64,000 nt of DNA. Source: Candidatus Latescibacterota bacterium (lineage in GTDB: Bacteria; Latescibacterota; UBA2968; UBA8231). The notes under the pieces are model-generated. The model had not been told where the DNA came from. It searched no databases and saw only the letters and a program-made list of their open reading frames with translations. Position numbers and translations under genes: made by a program. Shown here in pieces: positions 1-9,816 of this stretch. The DNA is taken from NCBI GenBank assembly GCA_965261395.1, contig OZ253462.1, positions 3,328,001 through 3,392,000 of the forward strand. Direction: 5' to 3'. The stretch's first letter is position 1. Each line of letters starts with the position of its first letter.

Positions 1-2
1 TG

Positions 3-866
3 CCGGAGCGGCTCGTCGTCATTGGCGGCGGTGCCATTGGGTTGGAACTGGGTTCCGTGTGGGCGCGGCTGGGTGCCCAAGTGCTCGTAGTGGAGGCTAT
101 GGATCAGATTTTGCCGGAGATGGACCAAGAGATGGCCCAGCAGCTAGAACGGCTGCTCAAGCGACAGGGACTCAAGGTGTTGCTCGGTGCCAAGGCCCAA
201 GCAGCCGCGATCGCAGAAGGCCAAGTGACGCTGACCATAGCGGCCGGCGATCAAGAGCGCGTCGAGACGTGCGATCAGGTATTGGTGGCGGTGGGGCGCA
301 AACCATGCAGCGCGGGATTGGGGCTGGAAGACGTGGGCGCGGCAATCAACGAGCGGGGACAGGTGCTAATTGACGCGCAGGGGCGCACCAATGTCGAGGG
401 AATCTGGGCTATCGGCGACCTTGTGCCCGGGCCGATGCTGGCCCACAAGGCCGAGGCCGAAGGCGTCGCGGTTGCCGAGCGGATAGCCGGACGCGCCGGG
501 CAGGTCAATTACGAGGCCATCCCCTCGGTAGTGTACACTCATCCAGAACTAGCCTCCGTCGGCATCAGTGAGGAAGAAGCCACCGTGGCCGGCCACAAGA
601 TCGCCGTCGGCAAGTACCTCTTTCGCGGCAATGCTCGCGCCCACTGCATGGACGACATCGACGGCCTAGTCAAGATCGTCGCCGATGCACACACCGACCA
701 GCTTTTGGGAATGCACATCCTCGGGCCGCAGGCTTCGCACCTGATTGCCGAGGGCGTCTTGGCCCTAGAGTTCGGCGCGAGTGCCGAAGACGTGGCCCGC
801 ACCGTCCACGCGCATCCGGCGCTGTCAGAGGTCGTAGGCGAGGCAGCGCGGGCCGTAGCGTCATGA
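3..866 (+). CDS. lpdA: Dihydrolipoamide dehydrogenase, 5'-truncated by the window edge
   Basis: Frame is open from position 3 (PERLVVIGGGAIGLELG, NAD-binding motif); GD..PGPMLAHKA and C-terminal HAHPxLSE motifs. Confidence 0.95.
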   Translation, partial: PERLVVIGGGAIGLELGSVWARLGAQVLVVEAMDQILPEMDQEMAQQLERLLKRQGLKVLLGAKAQAAAIAEGQVTLTIAAGDQERVETCDQVLVAVGRKPCSAGLGLEDVGAAINERGQVLIDAQGRTNVEGIWAIGDLVPGPMLAHKAEAEGVAVAERIAGRAGQVNYEAIPSVVYTHPELASVGISEEEATVAGHKIAVGKYLFRGNARAHCMDDIDGLVKIVADAHTDQLLGMHILGPQASHLIAEGVLALEFGASAEDVARTVHAHPALSEVVGEAARAVAS

Positions 867-1636
867 GGCTCGCTGACAAAGTCGTCCTCATCACCGGCGC
901 TGGCTCGGGCATCGGCCGCCAAACCGCGCTGCACTGCGCCCGCGAAGGCGCGCACATTGCAGCCGTTGACATCGACGCGGCCACGGCCGAGCAAACGGCC
1001 ACCACCATCGCCGCTGACAACGGGCAGGCCATCGCCATCGCCGCGGACGTGTCCCGCGCCGCCGACTGCGAGCGCATGGTGCAGCAAGCCGAAGCCGCTT
1101 ATGGCCGCCTCGACGTGCTGTTCAACAACGCCGGCATCTCACACCACGCCGACGCCGACGCCATCGACACCGAAGAAGAGGTCTGGGATCTGACCATGGC
1201 CGTCAATCTCAAGGGCGTCTTTTTGGGCTGCAAATACGGCATCCCGGCCCTGCGCCGCGCCGGCGGCGGCGCCATCGTCAACACCGCCTCTTTTGTCGCC
1301 TTGCTCGGAGCGGCCACGCCCCAATTGGCCTATACCGCCAGCAAGGGCGGCGTCCTCGCGCTAACGCGCGAGTTAGCGGTTGTCCACGCCCGCGAAAACA
1401 TCCGCGTCAACGCGCTCTGCCCCGGCCCCCTGCGCACCGAGCTGTTGATGAAATACCTCGACAGCGAAGAGAAGCGCCAGCGCCGCTTGGTCCACATCCC
1501 CATGGGGCGCTTCGGCGAGGCTGAAGAAATCGCCCGCACGGTCGTCTTCTTGGCCTCGGACGATGCCTCCTTCATCACCGGCGCGACTTTCGCCGTCGAT
1601 GGCGGCATCACCGCTGCCTATGTCACTCCAGAGTGA
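863..1636 (+). CDS. SDR family oxidoreductase
   Basis: TGAGSGIG, NNAG and YxxxK (YTASK) motifs; ATGA overlap with lpdA. Confidence 0.93.
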   Translation: MRLADKVVLITGAGSGIGRQTALHCAREGAHIAAVDIDAATAEQTATTIAADNGQAIAIAADVSRAADCERMVQQAEAAYGRLDVLFNNAGISHHADADAIDTEEEVWDLTMAVNLKGVFLGCKYGIPALRRAGGGAIVNTASFVALLGAATPQLAYTASKGGVLALTRELAVVHARENIRVNALCPGPLRTELLMKYLDSEEKRQRRLVHIPMGRFGEAEEIARTVVFLASDDASFITGATFAVDGGITAAYVTPE

Positions 1637-1644
1637 GGCCGCCC

Positions 1645-2295
1645 ATGCGCTTTGCGGCCGCAGTTTTCGACCTCGACGGCACCCTGCTCGACACGCTCGC
1701 CGACCTCGCGGATTCGACTAACGCTGCGCTCGCCGCGGCTGGGCATCCGCCGCATCCCATTGACGCGTACCGCTACTTTATCGGCAACGGCATTGAAAAC
1801 TTGGTGCGCTGCGCCCTGCCTGCCACGGCCCGCGACGACGCTTCCGTCGCTCGCGCCAAGGCCGCGATGGAAGCCGAGTACAGCCGGCGCTGGCAGGCCA
1901 AAACCCAGCCCTACGCAGGCGTCCCCGAGTTGCTCGACGCACTGAGCGAGCGCCAGATGCCCATGGCCATCCTCTCCAACAAGCCCCAAGCCTTTACGCG
2001 CCTCACCGTCGATGCACTGCTGCCGCGCTGGTCCTTCCACCCGGTCTGCGGGGCGCAGCCCGACGTCCCGCGCAAGCCCGACCCGGCGGCGGCCCTGTAC
2101 ATCGCCGCGGCCCTCGGCCACAGCCCGGAAGAGTGCCTCTACTTAGGCGACACGGACACGGATATGCAGACTGCTACTCGCGCTGGCATGTACGCCTTGG
2201 GGGCCACGTGGGGCTTTCGCTCCGGGGATGAATTGCGCCGTAGCGGCGCCCGCGACTTGCTCGACGCGCCGCTGGACCTATTGAATTTCCTGTAA
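1645..2295 (+). CDS. HAD-family hydrolase (phosphoglycolate phosphatase-like)
   Basis: FDLDGTL, KPDP and GDxxxD motifs; ATG 1645 preferred over GTG 1633. Confidence 0.9.
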   Translation: MRFAAAVFDLDGTLLDTLADLADSTNAALAAAGHPPHPIDAYRYFIGNGIENLVRCALPATARDDASVARAKAAMEAEYSRRWQAKTQPYAGVPELLDALSERQMPMAILSNKPQAFTRLTVDALLPRWSFHPVCGAQPDVPRKPDPAAALYIAAALGHSPEECLYLGDTDTDMQTATRAGMYALGATWGFRSGDELRRSGARDLLDAPLDLLNFL

Positions 2296-2324
2296 ACCAC
2301 TGCATAACTCAGAAAGGGCGAACC

Positions 2325-3638
2325 ATGAGCGAATTTTTTGAGGGCATCGAAAAAATTGCCTACGAAGGCCCGGATTCTAAAAACCCCCTAGCCTTCAAGC
2401 ACTACGCCGCCGAGGCCACGGTCGGCGGCAAGACCATGGCCGAGCACCTGCGCTTTTCCGTGGCCTTTTGGCACAGCTTTAAGGGCGGGGGTATCGATCC
2501 CTTCGGCCCGACTCCGGTGTACGACCGCCCCTGGGACCGCGCCGCCGACCCCATGCAGCGCGCCGAGGACACCTTGCGCGCGGCCTTTGAGTTCATCACC
2601 AAACTCGGCGCGCCGTTCTACTGCTGGCACGACCGCGACATCGCGCCCGAAGGCGAGACCCTCAAAGAGAGCAACGACCGCCTCGACCACATCGTGGGGC
2701 TGGCCGAGCAATTGCAAGCCGACACGGGCGTCCGCTTGCTCTGGGGCACGTCCAACTGTTTCTCGCACGCGCGCTTTACTCACGGGGCCGCCACCAACCC
2801 CGACGCCCACGTCTTTGCCTGGGCCGCGGCTCAGATCAAGAAAGCCATGGAATGCACCCATCGGCTCGGGGGGGCCAACTACGTGTTTTGGGGTGGGCGC
2901 GAGGGGTACTCCAGTTTGCTCAACACCAACATGGCCCACGAGCAAGACCAGCTCGCGCGCTTCTTGCACATGGCCGTTGAACACAAAAAGGCAATCGGCT
3001 TTACCGGCACCCTGCTCGTGGAGCCCAAACCCAAAGAGCCGACCAAGCACCAGTACGACTACGACGCCGCTACCGTCTTGAGCTTTCTCCGCAAATACGA
3101 CCTGTTGGACGAGTTCAAGCTCAACATCGAAGCTAACCACGCCACCTTGGCCGGCCACACCTTTGAACACGACCTCCAGCTCGCCTCGGCCGATGGCAAA
3201 CTGGGCAGCATTGACGCCAACCGCGGCGATTACCTGCTCGGCTGGGACACCGACCAATTCCCCACCGACCTCTACTCCGCCACCTACGCCATGCTGGTGA
3301 TCCTCAAACAAGACGGCATCGCGCCTGGGGGCATCAACTTCGACGCCAAGGTGCGACGCGGTTCCTGTGACTTGGAGGATCTCTTCCACGCCCACATCGG
3401 CGGCATGGACTCGTTTGCCCGCGGACTAACGCTGGCCCAGCGCATCATCGACGACGGCGCACTCGACGCCTTTGTCGAGGCGCGCTACGCCTCGTACCGC
3501 AGCGGCATTGGCGAGAAGATCATGCGCGGCGAGACCAACTTCGCCGAGCTAGCGGCATACATCCACCAGCACGGCGAGCCGGAAAAGCGCAGTGGCCGCG
3601 AGGAAATGCTGGAGAATATCGTCAATAGTTATCTGTAA
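2325..3638 (+). CDS. xylA: Xylose isomerase (class II)
   Basis: WHDRD, FWGGREGY, EPKPKEPTKHQYD, NIEANHATL and GWDTDQFP motifs. Confidence 0.98.
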   Translation: MSEFFEGIEKIAYEGPDSKNPLAFKHYAAEATVGGKTMAEHLRFSVAFWHSFKGGGIDPFGPTPVYDRPWDRAADPMQRAEDTLRAAFEFITKLGAPFYCWHDRDIAPEGETLKESNDRLDHIVGLAEQLQADTGVRLLWGTSNCFSHARFTHGAATNPDAHVFAWAAAQIKKAMECTHRLGGANYVFWGGREGYSSLLNTNMAHEQDQLARFLHMAVEHKKAIGFTGTLLVEPKPKEPTKHQYDYDAATVLSFLRKYDLLDEFKLNIEANHATLAGHTFEHDLQLASADGKLGSIDANRGDYLLGWDTDQFPTDLYSATYAMLVILKQDGIAPGGINFDAKVRRGSCDLEDLFHAHIGGMDSFARGLTLAQRIIDDGALDAFVEARYASYRSGIGEKIMRGETNFAELAAYIHQHGEPEKRSGREEMLENIVNSYL

Positions 3639-3671
3639 GGAAGGACGCCGCGAGAAATACGGGGGCTAAGC

Positions 3672-4658
3672 TCAATTGTCCCGTGGCACGGCCATCATCC
3701 GCTCCAACGCCCGCCGCGCCCCCACAATCACCTCGTCGTCCAGCTTGATTTCGTAGCGCTTGTAGAGCAGCGAAAAGTACACGTCTTGCAGGTCGGTGAT
3801 TTTCATGTAGGGGCAGTGTAGCCGGCAGCCAATGCAGCCGTCAGCCGCTACGAACTCTTGGTGCGGGAAGCGCTGCCGGAGCTGGTGCAGCATGCCGTTT
3901 TCCGTGGCGATGATGAAGCTCTTGGCCTCGGGGTACTTTTCCACGGCCTTGAGCATCCCCGTGGTCGAGCACACTTCGTGCGCGATTTCGACCACGTCCT
4001 CGCGGCATTCTGGGTGCGCGATGATGACGGCCTCGGGAAACTCGCTGCGGGTGCGCTCGACGCTGGCGGCGCGCAGCACGTCGTGCGTCGGGCAAACGCC
4101 GTCGTACACGACGATCTCTTTCTCCGGCACCTGCTCGGCCACCCAGCGGCCCAAGTTGCGGTCGGGCGTAAAGAGGATCTTGTCGCTATCGAGGCTGCGC
4201 ACCACCGAGACGGCGTTGGCCGAGGTGCAGCAGATGTTGGACTCGGCCTTCACCTCGGCCGTGGAGTTGACGTACGTCACCACCGTGTGATCGGGATAAT
4301 CTGCTTTCCAATCGTCGAGGCTTTCGGGGGTAATGGAGTCGGCTAGCGAACAGCCCGCGCCTAAATGGGGCAAGAACACCTGCTTGTCGGGGCTGAGGAT
4401 TTTGGCCGACTCGGCCATGAAATGCACGCCGCAAAAGACGATGCGCTCGGCATCCGCCTTGGCCGCTTCCACTGACAGCCCGAGCGAATCACCCGTGAAA
4501 TCGGCCAAGTCTTGGATCGGCGGAATTTGGTAGTTGTGCGCGAGGATGACCGCGTTTTTCTCGCGGCGCAAGCGGTTGATCTGGGCGATGAGCTCCTCGG
4601 CGGGCAGGTCGCTGTGGTACTGCCCAGCGGCTGGGGCAATCGTCTCTGAGTAAGTCAT
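3672..4658 (-). CDS. nadA: Quinolinate synthase A
   Basis: ILAHNYQ, GDSL, FCGVHFMAE, GCSLA, YVNS, AHPEC and CPYMK motifs; start MTYSE overlaps the upstream ORF stop. Confidence 0.96.
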   Translation of the reverse strand: MTYSETIAPAAGQYHSDLPAEELIAQINRLRREKNAVILAHNYQIPPIQDLADFTGDSLGLSVEAAKADAERIVFCGVHFMAESAKILSPDKQVFLPHLGAGCSLADSITPESLDDWKADYPDHTVVTYVNSTAEVKAESNICCTSANAVSVVRSLDSDKILFTPDRNLGRWVAEQVPEKEIVVYDGVCPTHDVLRAASVERTRSEFPEAVIIAHPECREDVVEIAHEVCSTTGMLKAVEKYPEAKSFIIATENGMLHQLRQRFPHQEFVAADGCIGCRLHCPYMKITDLQDVYFSLLYKRYEIKLDDEVIVGARRALERMMAVPRDN

Positions 4659-4864
4659 GGCTTGCCTTGCGCTCCTTCGTCGGGGGGGATGGTCTCGGTG
4701 CCGTTGGGAAAAACGCGCCAAAACTCCTTGCGAATGAGGCCGGCGATCATGGCGCTTTTGCTGCTGCCGTGATAGCGGGCAATTGCGTCGAGCATCTCGT
4801 GATCCCTGTCGGGTGCCGAAAAGGTTCGCACCTTGGCCCGGCGACTGTGATCTTTGGTTGGCAT
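4655..4864 (-). CDS. Small ribbon-helix-helix (CopG-like) DNA-binding protein
   Basis: 69 aa; VRTFS strand followed by helices EMLDAIARYHG and SKSAMIAGLIRKEF; translationally coupled to nadA. Confidence 0.7.
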   Translation of the reverse strand: MPTKDHSRRAKVRTFSAPDRDHEMLDAIARYHGSSKSAMIAGLIRKEFWRVFPNGTETIPPDEGAQGKP

Positions 4865-4902
4865 TATATCTTTCTTATATAAAATTTAATTAATATGTAT
4901 GT

Positions 4903-4931
4903 AATTTAATGAATCACTGGCGGTCCGTCAA
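4903..4931 (-). promoter_or_regulatory. sigma70-type promoter for RHH-nadA
   Basis: TTGACG-17 bp-TAAATT on the minus strand in an AT-rich gap. Confidence 0.6.
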
Positions 4932-5004
4932 TATAGAAGTAACCATTTTTTAACAGAATTTTCGCAAGCGAGCTGCGACAATAAGAAAGGTGTGGGACGC
5001 GGGC

Positions 5005-6231
5005 CTATAGCTGGCTAATCCGCTCCATGGCCTCTTCAATCCGGTCGCGGTGATTGAAGGCCGATAGGCGCAGATATCCCTCGCCAGCCGCGCCAAAACC
5101 CGCACCCGGCGTGCCGACGATGTGGGCCCTGTCGAGCAAGCAGTCGAAGTAAGTCCAACTGTCCTGCCCGTCGGGCGTGGCTACCCACAAATAGGGAGCG
5201 TGCTCGCCCCCGTACACGGTAAGCCCGGCCGCCCCCAACTGCTGGCGCATGATCGCGGCATTTTCCATGTAGAACGCAACCCGCTCGGCAATGCCCTGCT
5301 GGCCGGCCGGCGAGTACGCGGCTGCCGCGCCGCGCTGCACCGGATACGCCACGCCGTTAAACTTGGTCGAGTGCCGCCGCGCCCACAGTCGATGCAGATC
5401 CACTTCCTCGCCCGAGGCAGCGCGGCCCTTGAGTTCCTTCGGCACCACGATGTACCCACAGCGCAGACCGGTAAAGCCGGCGTTCTTGGAAAAGCTGCGA
5501 AACTCGATGGCTACCTCTCGGGCACCTTCGACCTCGTAGATGGAGTGCGGGACTGACGGATCGGTGATGTAGCTTTCGTAGGCCGCGTCAAATAGAATGA
5601 CGGCCTGCTCGCGACGGGCGTATTCGATCCAGCGGGCCAAGGCGTCGCGGGTCATCACCGCGCCCGTGGGATTGTTGGGCGAGCACAAGTAGATCAGATC
5701 GACGTGGCCTGTGGGCAGGTCCGGGATGAAGTCATTGGCGGCCGTACACGGCATGTAGATCAAGCCGGCGTACGAACCGTTCGCATCGGCTGGGCCAGTG
5801 CGGCCGGCCATGACGTTGGAATCGCAGTACACTGGATAGACCGGATCGGTCAGCGCGACCACGCAATCGCCGGCGAAAATTTCCTGCACATTGCCCGAGT
5901 CGCACTTGGACCCGTCGGAGACAAAAATCTCGTCGCTGTGCACCTGCACGCCGCGTGCGGCAAAGTCGTGCTCGACAATGGCTGCGCGCAAAAAATCCTG
6001 GCCTTGGTCGGGCGGATAGCCCTGTAAGGTGTCGTCGTGGGCCATTTCCTCGACGGCCTCTTTCATCGCATCGACAATCGGCCGCGGGATGCCCTTGACC
6101 ACGTCGCCGATCCCCAAGCGGATCACGTCGGCTTGGGGGTGAGCGGCGGCAAACGCATCGACCCGGCGGGAGATTTCTGGAAAAAGGTAACCGGCTTTGA
6201 GCTTGAGGTAATGATCGTTGATATGCACCAT
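5005..6231 (-). CDS. dapL: LL-diaminopimelate aminotransferase
   Basis: [30 protein letters not shown] and [14 protein letters not shown] motifs. Confidence 0.95.
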   Translation of the reverse strand: MVHINDHYLKLKAGYLFPEISRRVDAFAAAHPQADVIRLGIGDVVKGIPRPIVDAMKEAVEEMAHDDTLQGYPPDQGQDFLRAAIVEHDFAARGVQVHSDEIFVSDGSKCDSGNVQEIFAGDCVVALTDPVYPVYCDSNVMAGRTGPADANGSYAGLIYMPCTAANDFIPDLPTGHVDLIYLCSPNNPTGAVMTRDALARWIEYARREQAVILFDAAYESYITDPSVPHSIYEVEGAREVAIEFRSFSKNAGFTGLRCGYIVVPKELKGRAASGEEVDLHRLWARRHSTKFNGVAYPVQRGAAAAYSPAGQQGIAERVAFYMENAAIMRQQLGAAGLTVYGGEHAPYLWVATPDGQDSWTYFDCLLDRAHIVGTPGAGFGAAGEGYLRLSAFNHRDRIEEAMERISQL

Positions 6232-6309
6232 GACATTGCTTTCTTTTGTGAGAGTGAGCACAAAAATCTAACCATAAGACCCGTGATTTCAAGCGGAGGA
6301 GACTCGCTC

Positions 6310-7263
6310 GTGGATATAAGTTTTATGACCAGTGCCGGCGGCGCCAACAATTGGAGCCTCGACGAATGCGCCCGCTGGGCGCGGGAGCACGATTTCGACT
6401 GCGTGCGCTTGAACGACTCCGGCGCGCTCGACTCGGACCACATTCTATCAGTCGGGCCGGACTCCGTGCTGGAGACCTTGCGCCAGCACGACCTGTACCT
6501 CGCCGCCCTCACCGCGCACTACAACCTGCTCGACGACGACCGCGAACAGGCTCGCGCCGCCCAAGCCAAGCTGCTCAAGGCCATTGCGTCGGCCCGCGCC
6601 CTCGACTGCCCAGTCATCGTCACCAGCAGCGGCGCGCCCGTCCGCAACGGCCAGTTCTACGGCATGTTCTCCTCGGAACCCGGCAACCCCAGCGATCGCT
6701 CCGACGAATTAGTTGATCGCTTCCAAGCCATGTTCGAACCCGTGGTGCAAGCGGCCGAAGACAGCAATGTCCGGCTCGCACTCGACGTGGCCGTGCGCAT
6801 GGGACAAATCGGCTGCAACCCGGAGATGTGGGGAAAAATTCTCAACGCCGTGCCCTCGGATCACCTCGGCTTGTCCTGCGATCCCTCGCACTGGCTGTGG
6901 ATGCACATCCTGCCGGTCGAAGACGTCATCCGCGACTTTGCCGGCCATTGGTACTACGCCGATGTCAAGGACTGCGAGATTAGCCCGCGGATGCTCTACC
7001 GCCAGGGCATCATCGGCAACTGGTGGTGGCAATACCGAGTCCCCGGCCGCGGCCAACTCAACTGGAGCACCATCATCGGCGCGCTGTGGGAATCCGGCTA
7101 CGACTACGTGCTGTGCGTCGAAAACGAGGACCGCGGCTTCCCCGGTCTAGAGGGCTTTGCCTTTGGCGGCCAACACCTGCGCGGCTTGCTGCCGCCCAAG
7201 GAGTCTGGTTTTAAGCGACAAGGAAGGCATTGGAAGACGAGCGGATGGGAGCGCAAGAAGTAG
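6310..7263 (+). CDS. Sugar phosphate isomerase/epimerase (AP-endonuclease-2 TIM barrel)
   Basis: DPSH, KD, PGRG and GYD..L.VE.ED motifs; GTG start after GGAGGA. Confidence 0.82.
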   Translation: MDISFMTSAGGANNWSLDECARWAREHDFDCVRLNDSGALDSDHILSVGPDSVLETLRQHDLYLAALTAHYNLLDDDREQARAAQAKLLKAIASARALDCPVIVTSSGAPVRNGQFYGMFSSEPGNPSDRSDELVDRFQAMFEPVVQAAEDSNVRLALDVAVRMGQIGCNPEMWGKILNAVPSDHLGLSCDPSHWLWMHILPVEDVIRDFAGHWYYADVKDCEISPRMLYRQGIIGNWWWQYRVPGRGQLNWSTIIGALWESGYDYVLCVENEDRGFPGLEGFAFGGQHLRGLLPPKESGFKRQGRHWKTSGWERKK

Positions 7264-7287
7264 GGGCGACCGGCCGGTCGCCCCTAC
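7260..7287. repeat. GTAG-type REP palindrome, copy 1
   Basis: GTAGGGGCGACCGGCCGGTCGCCCCTAC, a perfect palindrome; near-identical copy at 25954. Confidence 0.85.
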
Positions 7288-7353
7288 TTGCCGTTAGAAC
7301 CATTTGCCCTACTATTATTTATTTGCTGCGCTGCAAACAGCCACAGAGGAGCT

Positions 7354-9027
7354 ATGAGCACGGACAAAAACCGCGACTTCATTCGCGAAGCCATCGATGC
7401 CGACCTCAAAAGCGGTCGCTACGACAGGGTCATAACCCGCTTCCCACCAGAGCCTAACGCGTACCTGCACATTGGCAGTGCCAAGGCCATTTCGATCAAC
7501 TTCGGCATTGCCGCCGACTACCAAGGCCAGTGCAACCTCCGCTACGACGACACCAACCCCACGCGCGAAGAGCAAGAATACGTGGACTCCATGCAGGAGG
7601 ACATTCGCTGGCTCGGCTACGACTGGGGGCCGCAGCCGTACTACGCTTCCGATTACTTCGGCCAGCTCTACGAATGGGCCGTCGTGCTCATCAAAAAGGG
7701 CTTGGCCTACGTGGACGACCAGACCGCGGACGAGATTCGGGAAAATCGCGGCACGCTCAACGAGCCGGGCAAAAACAGCCCGTATCGCGACCGCTCCATC
7801 GAGGAAAACCTCCACCTCTTCGAGCAAATGAAAAACGGCGCATTCCCCGATGGCAGCCGCGTGTTGCGCGCCAAAATCGACATGACCGCGCCCAACATCA
7901 ACCTGCGCGACCCAGTCATGTACCGCATCATGCACACCACCCATCACCGCACCGGCGCCGCCTGGTGCATCTATCCGCTCTACGACTGGGCCCACGGCCA
8001 AAGCGACTCCATCGAGGGCGTTACGCACTCGCTGTGCTCAGACGAATTCATCAACAATCGCCCCCTGTACGATTGGTTCATCCAACAGCTCGGCATCTTC
8101 CCCTCGCGCCAAATCGAGTTCGCCCGCGGCAACATCACCTATACCGTCCTGTCCAAGCGATACATCCGGCCGCTCATCGAGCAACAGCTAGTGTCTGGCT
8201 GGGACGATCCTCGGCTCTACACTTTGCGCGGCCTGCGCCGCTTGGGCTGCCCGCCCGAAGCCATCCGCCGCTTCTGGGCCGCAGCGGGCATCGCTCGCCG
8301 CGGCAACAACATCGACATCTCCCTCCTCGAATACTGCATCCGCGACCAGCTCAACAAGACCGCGCCCCGGCGCATGGCCGTGCTCAACCCGCTCAAAGTC
8401 GTCATTGAAAATTACCCGGAGGGCCAAAGCGAGATGCTAACGGCCATCAACAACCCAGAAGACGAAAGCGCCGGCACCCGCTCCGTGCCCTTTTCGCGGC
8501 AGCTCTACATCGAGCGCGAGGACTTTATGGAAGACCCGCCGCGCAAGTTCTTTCGCCTCGCCCCAGGCCGCGAAATCCGGCTGCGCTACGCCTATTTCAT
8601 CACCTGTACCGAGGTGGTCAAAGACGATAGCGGCGAGGTTGTCGAACTGCGCTGCACGTACGACCCGGCCACCCGAGGCGGTAACGCACCCGACGGCCGC
8701 AAAGTCAAGGCCACCCTGCACTGGGTCTCGGTCCCCCACGCGGTCCCAGCCGAGGTGCGGCTCTACGACCGGCTCTTCAAGGTCGAAAAACCGCTCGCAG
8801 CCCCGCCCGAAGGTACCTGGCTGGACAACCTCAACCCGGATTCGCTCAAAGTTCTCAACCCTTGCTATCTAGAGCCGTCCCTCGCCGACATGGCCCGAGG
8901 GGACTCCTGCCAGTTTGAGCGGCTCGGCTACTTCTGCGCCGACCGCGAGGACCACGCGCCGGACGCACCCGTCTTCAACCGCACCGTCACCTTGCGCGAC
9001 ACCTGGGCGCGGATACAGAAGGGCTAG
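7354..9027 (+). CDS. glnS: Glutamine--tRNA ligase (atypical HIGS signature)
   Basis: [40 protein letters not shown] and [11 protein letters not shown] motifs. Confidence 0.9.
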   Translation: MSTDKNRDFIREAIDADLKSGRYDRVITRFPPEPNAYLHIGSAKAISINFGIAADYQGQCNLRYDDTNPTREEQEYVDSMQEDIRWLGYDWGPQPYYASDYFGQLYEWAVVLIKKGLAYVDDQTADEIRENRGTLNEPGKNSPYRDRSIEENLHLFEQMKNGAFPDGSRVLRAKIDMTAPNINLRDPVMYRIMHTTHHRTGAAWCIYPLYDWAHGQSDSIEGVTHSLCSDEFINNRPLYDWFIQQLGIFPSRQIEFARGNITYTVLSKRYIRPLIEQQLVSGWDDPRLYTLRGLRRLGCPPEAIRRFWAAAGIARRGNNIDISLLEYCIRDQLNKTAPRRMAVLNPLKVVIENYPEGQSEMLTAINNPEDESAGTRSVPFSRQLYIEREDFMEDPPRKFFRLAPGREIRLRYAYFITCTEVVKDDSGEVVELRCTYDPATRGGNAPDGRKVKATLHWVSVPHAVPAEVRLYDRLFKVEKPLAAPPEGTWLDNLNPDSLKVLNPCYLEPSLADMARGDSCQFERLGYFCADREDHAPDAPVFNRTVTLRDTWARIQKG

Positions 9028-9045
9028 CCACACCCACCGCCGCGC

Positions 9046-9816
9046 ATGCGGATTTCGCGCATCCTATCGGCCCTGCTACTGGCGGCTCCCGTTGCCGCCG
9101 AAGAGGTCGTCGTGCCGGCCGGCCCCTTCACCATGGGCATTGATCACCCGCGAGCCACCGACGAAAAGCCCAGCCGCCAAGTCTATCTCAGCGCCTTCTC
9201 CATCGACCGCTACGAGGTCACCAACGCCCGCTTTGCCGCCTTTGTCGCGGCCACCGGCTATCAGACGGAGGCGGAAAAACGCGGAGCCGAAAAGGCCGAC
9301 GGCATTAGCTGGCGTCAGCCCCACGGCCCCGGCTCAGCCGCCGACCCGGGCCATCCGGTCGTCTATGTTAGCTGGCAAGATGCCCATGCGTATTGCGCTT
9401 GGCGCGGCGGACGCTTGCCCACCGAAGCCGAGTGGGAAAAAAGTGCGCGCGGCAGCGATGGCCAGCTCTGGCCTTGGGGCGCGAAGTTTGCCGCGGGACG
9501 CGCCAATCTCTGGGGACCGGAAGACGGCTATGCCGGGCTAGCACCCGTCGGCTCTTTTCCCGCAGGAGCCAGCCCGTACGGCGCGCTCGACATGGCCGGA
9601 AACGTCTGGGAGTGGTGCTCCGATTGGTACGACGCCAACTATTATGCCACGGCACCGACCAAAGACCCGCAAGGGCCAGAAACCGGCCGCCTCAAGGTCC
9701 TGCGCGGCGGCTCGTGGATCAACCCAGGACCGGCGCTGCGCAGCACCAACCGCTTTGAGGTCCTGCCCGTAGAACGCAGCCCCTATATCGGCTTCCGCTG
9801 CGCCCGCTCTCCATGA
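9046..9816 (+). CDS. Secreted FGE/SUMF1-domain protein lacking catalytic cysteines
   Basis: Signal peptide; EVTN, RLPTEAEWE, MAGNVWEW, RGGSW and GFRC motifs; no CxxxxC after RGGS. Confidence 0.9.
   Translation: MRISRILSALLLAAPVAAEEVVVPAGPFTMGIDHPRATDEKPSRQVYLSAFSIDRYEVTNARFAAFVAATGYQTEAEKRGAEKADGISWRQPHGPGSAADPGHPVVYVSWQDAHAYCAWRGGRLPTEAEWEKSARGSDGQLWPWGAKFAAGRANLWGPEDGYAGLAPVGSFPAGASPYGALDMAGNVWEWCSDWYDANYYATAPTKDPQGPETGRLKVLRGGSWINPGPALRSTNRFEVLPVERSPYIGFRCARSP

Noticed and set aside
2388-3395. Long antisense or alternate-frame ORFs over xylA and other core genes (e.g. 7530-8408, 22999-23910, 36478-37383, 37500-38771)
   Set aside because: Expected from high-GC codon bias; low-complexity R/P/A/S translations overlapping confident genes.
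6037-6309. Extended N-termini in the ORF track (6037, 15217, 17141, 38059, 49925, 51523, 57083)
   Set aside because: They overlap neighbouring genes; downstream starts have an RBS, a signal peptide or family-typical N-termini.
9046-9816. Formylglycine-generating enzyme activity
   Set aside because: The catalytic CxxxxC after RGGS is absent (RGGSWINPGPALR), so it is an FGE-fold protein only.
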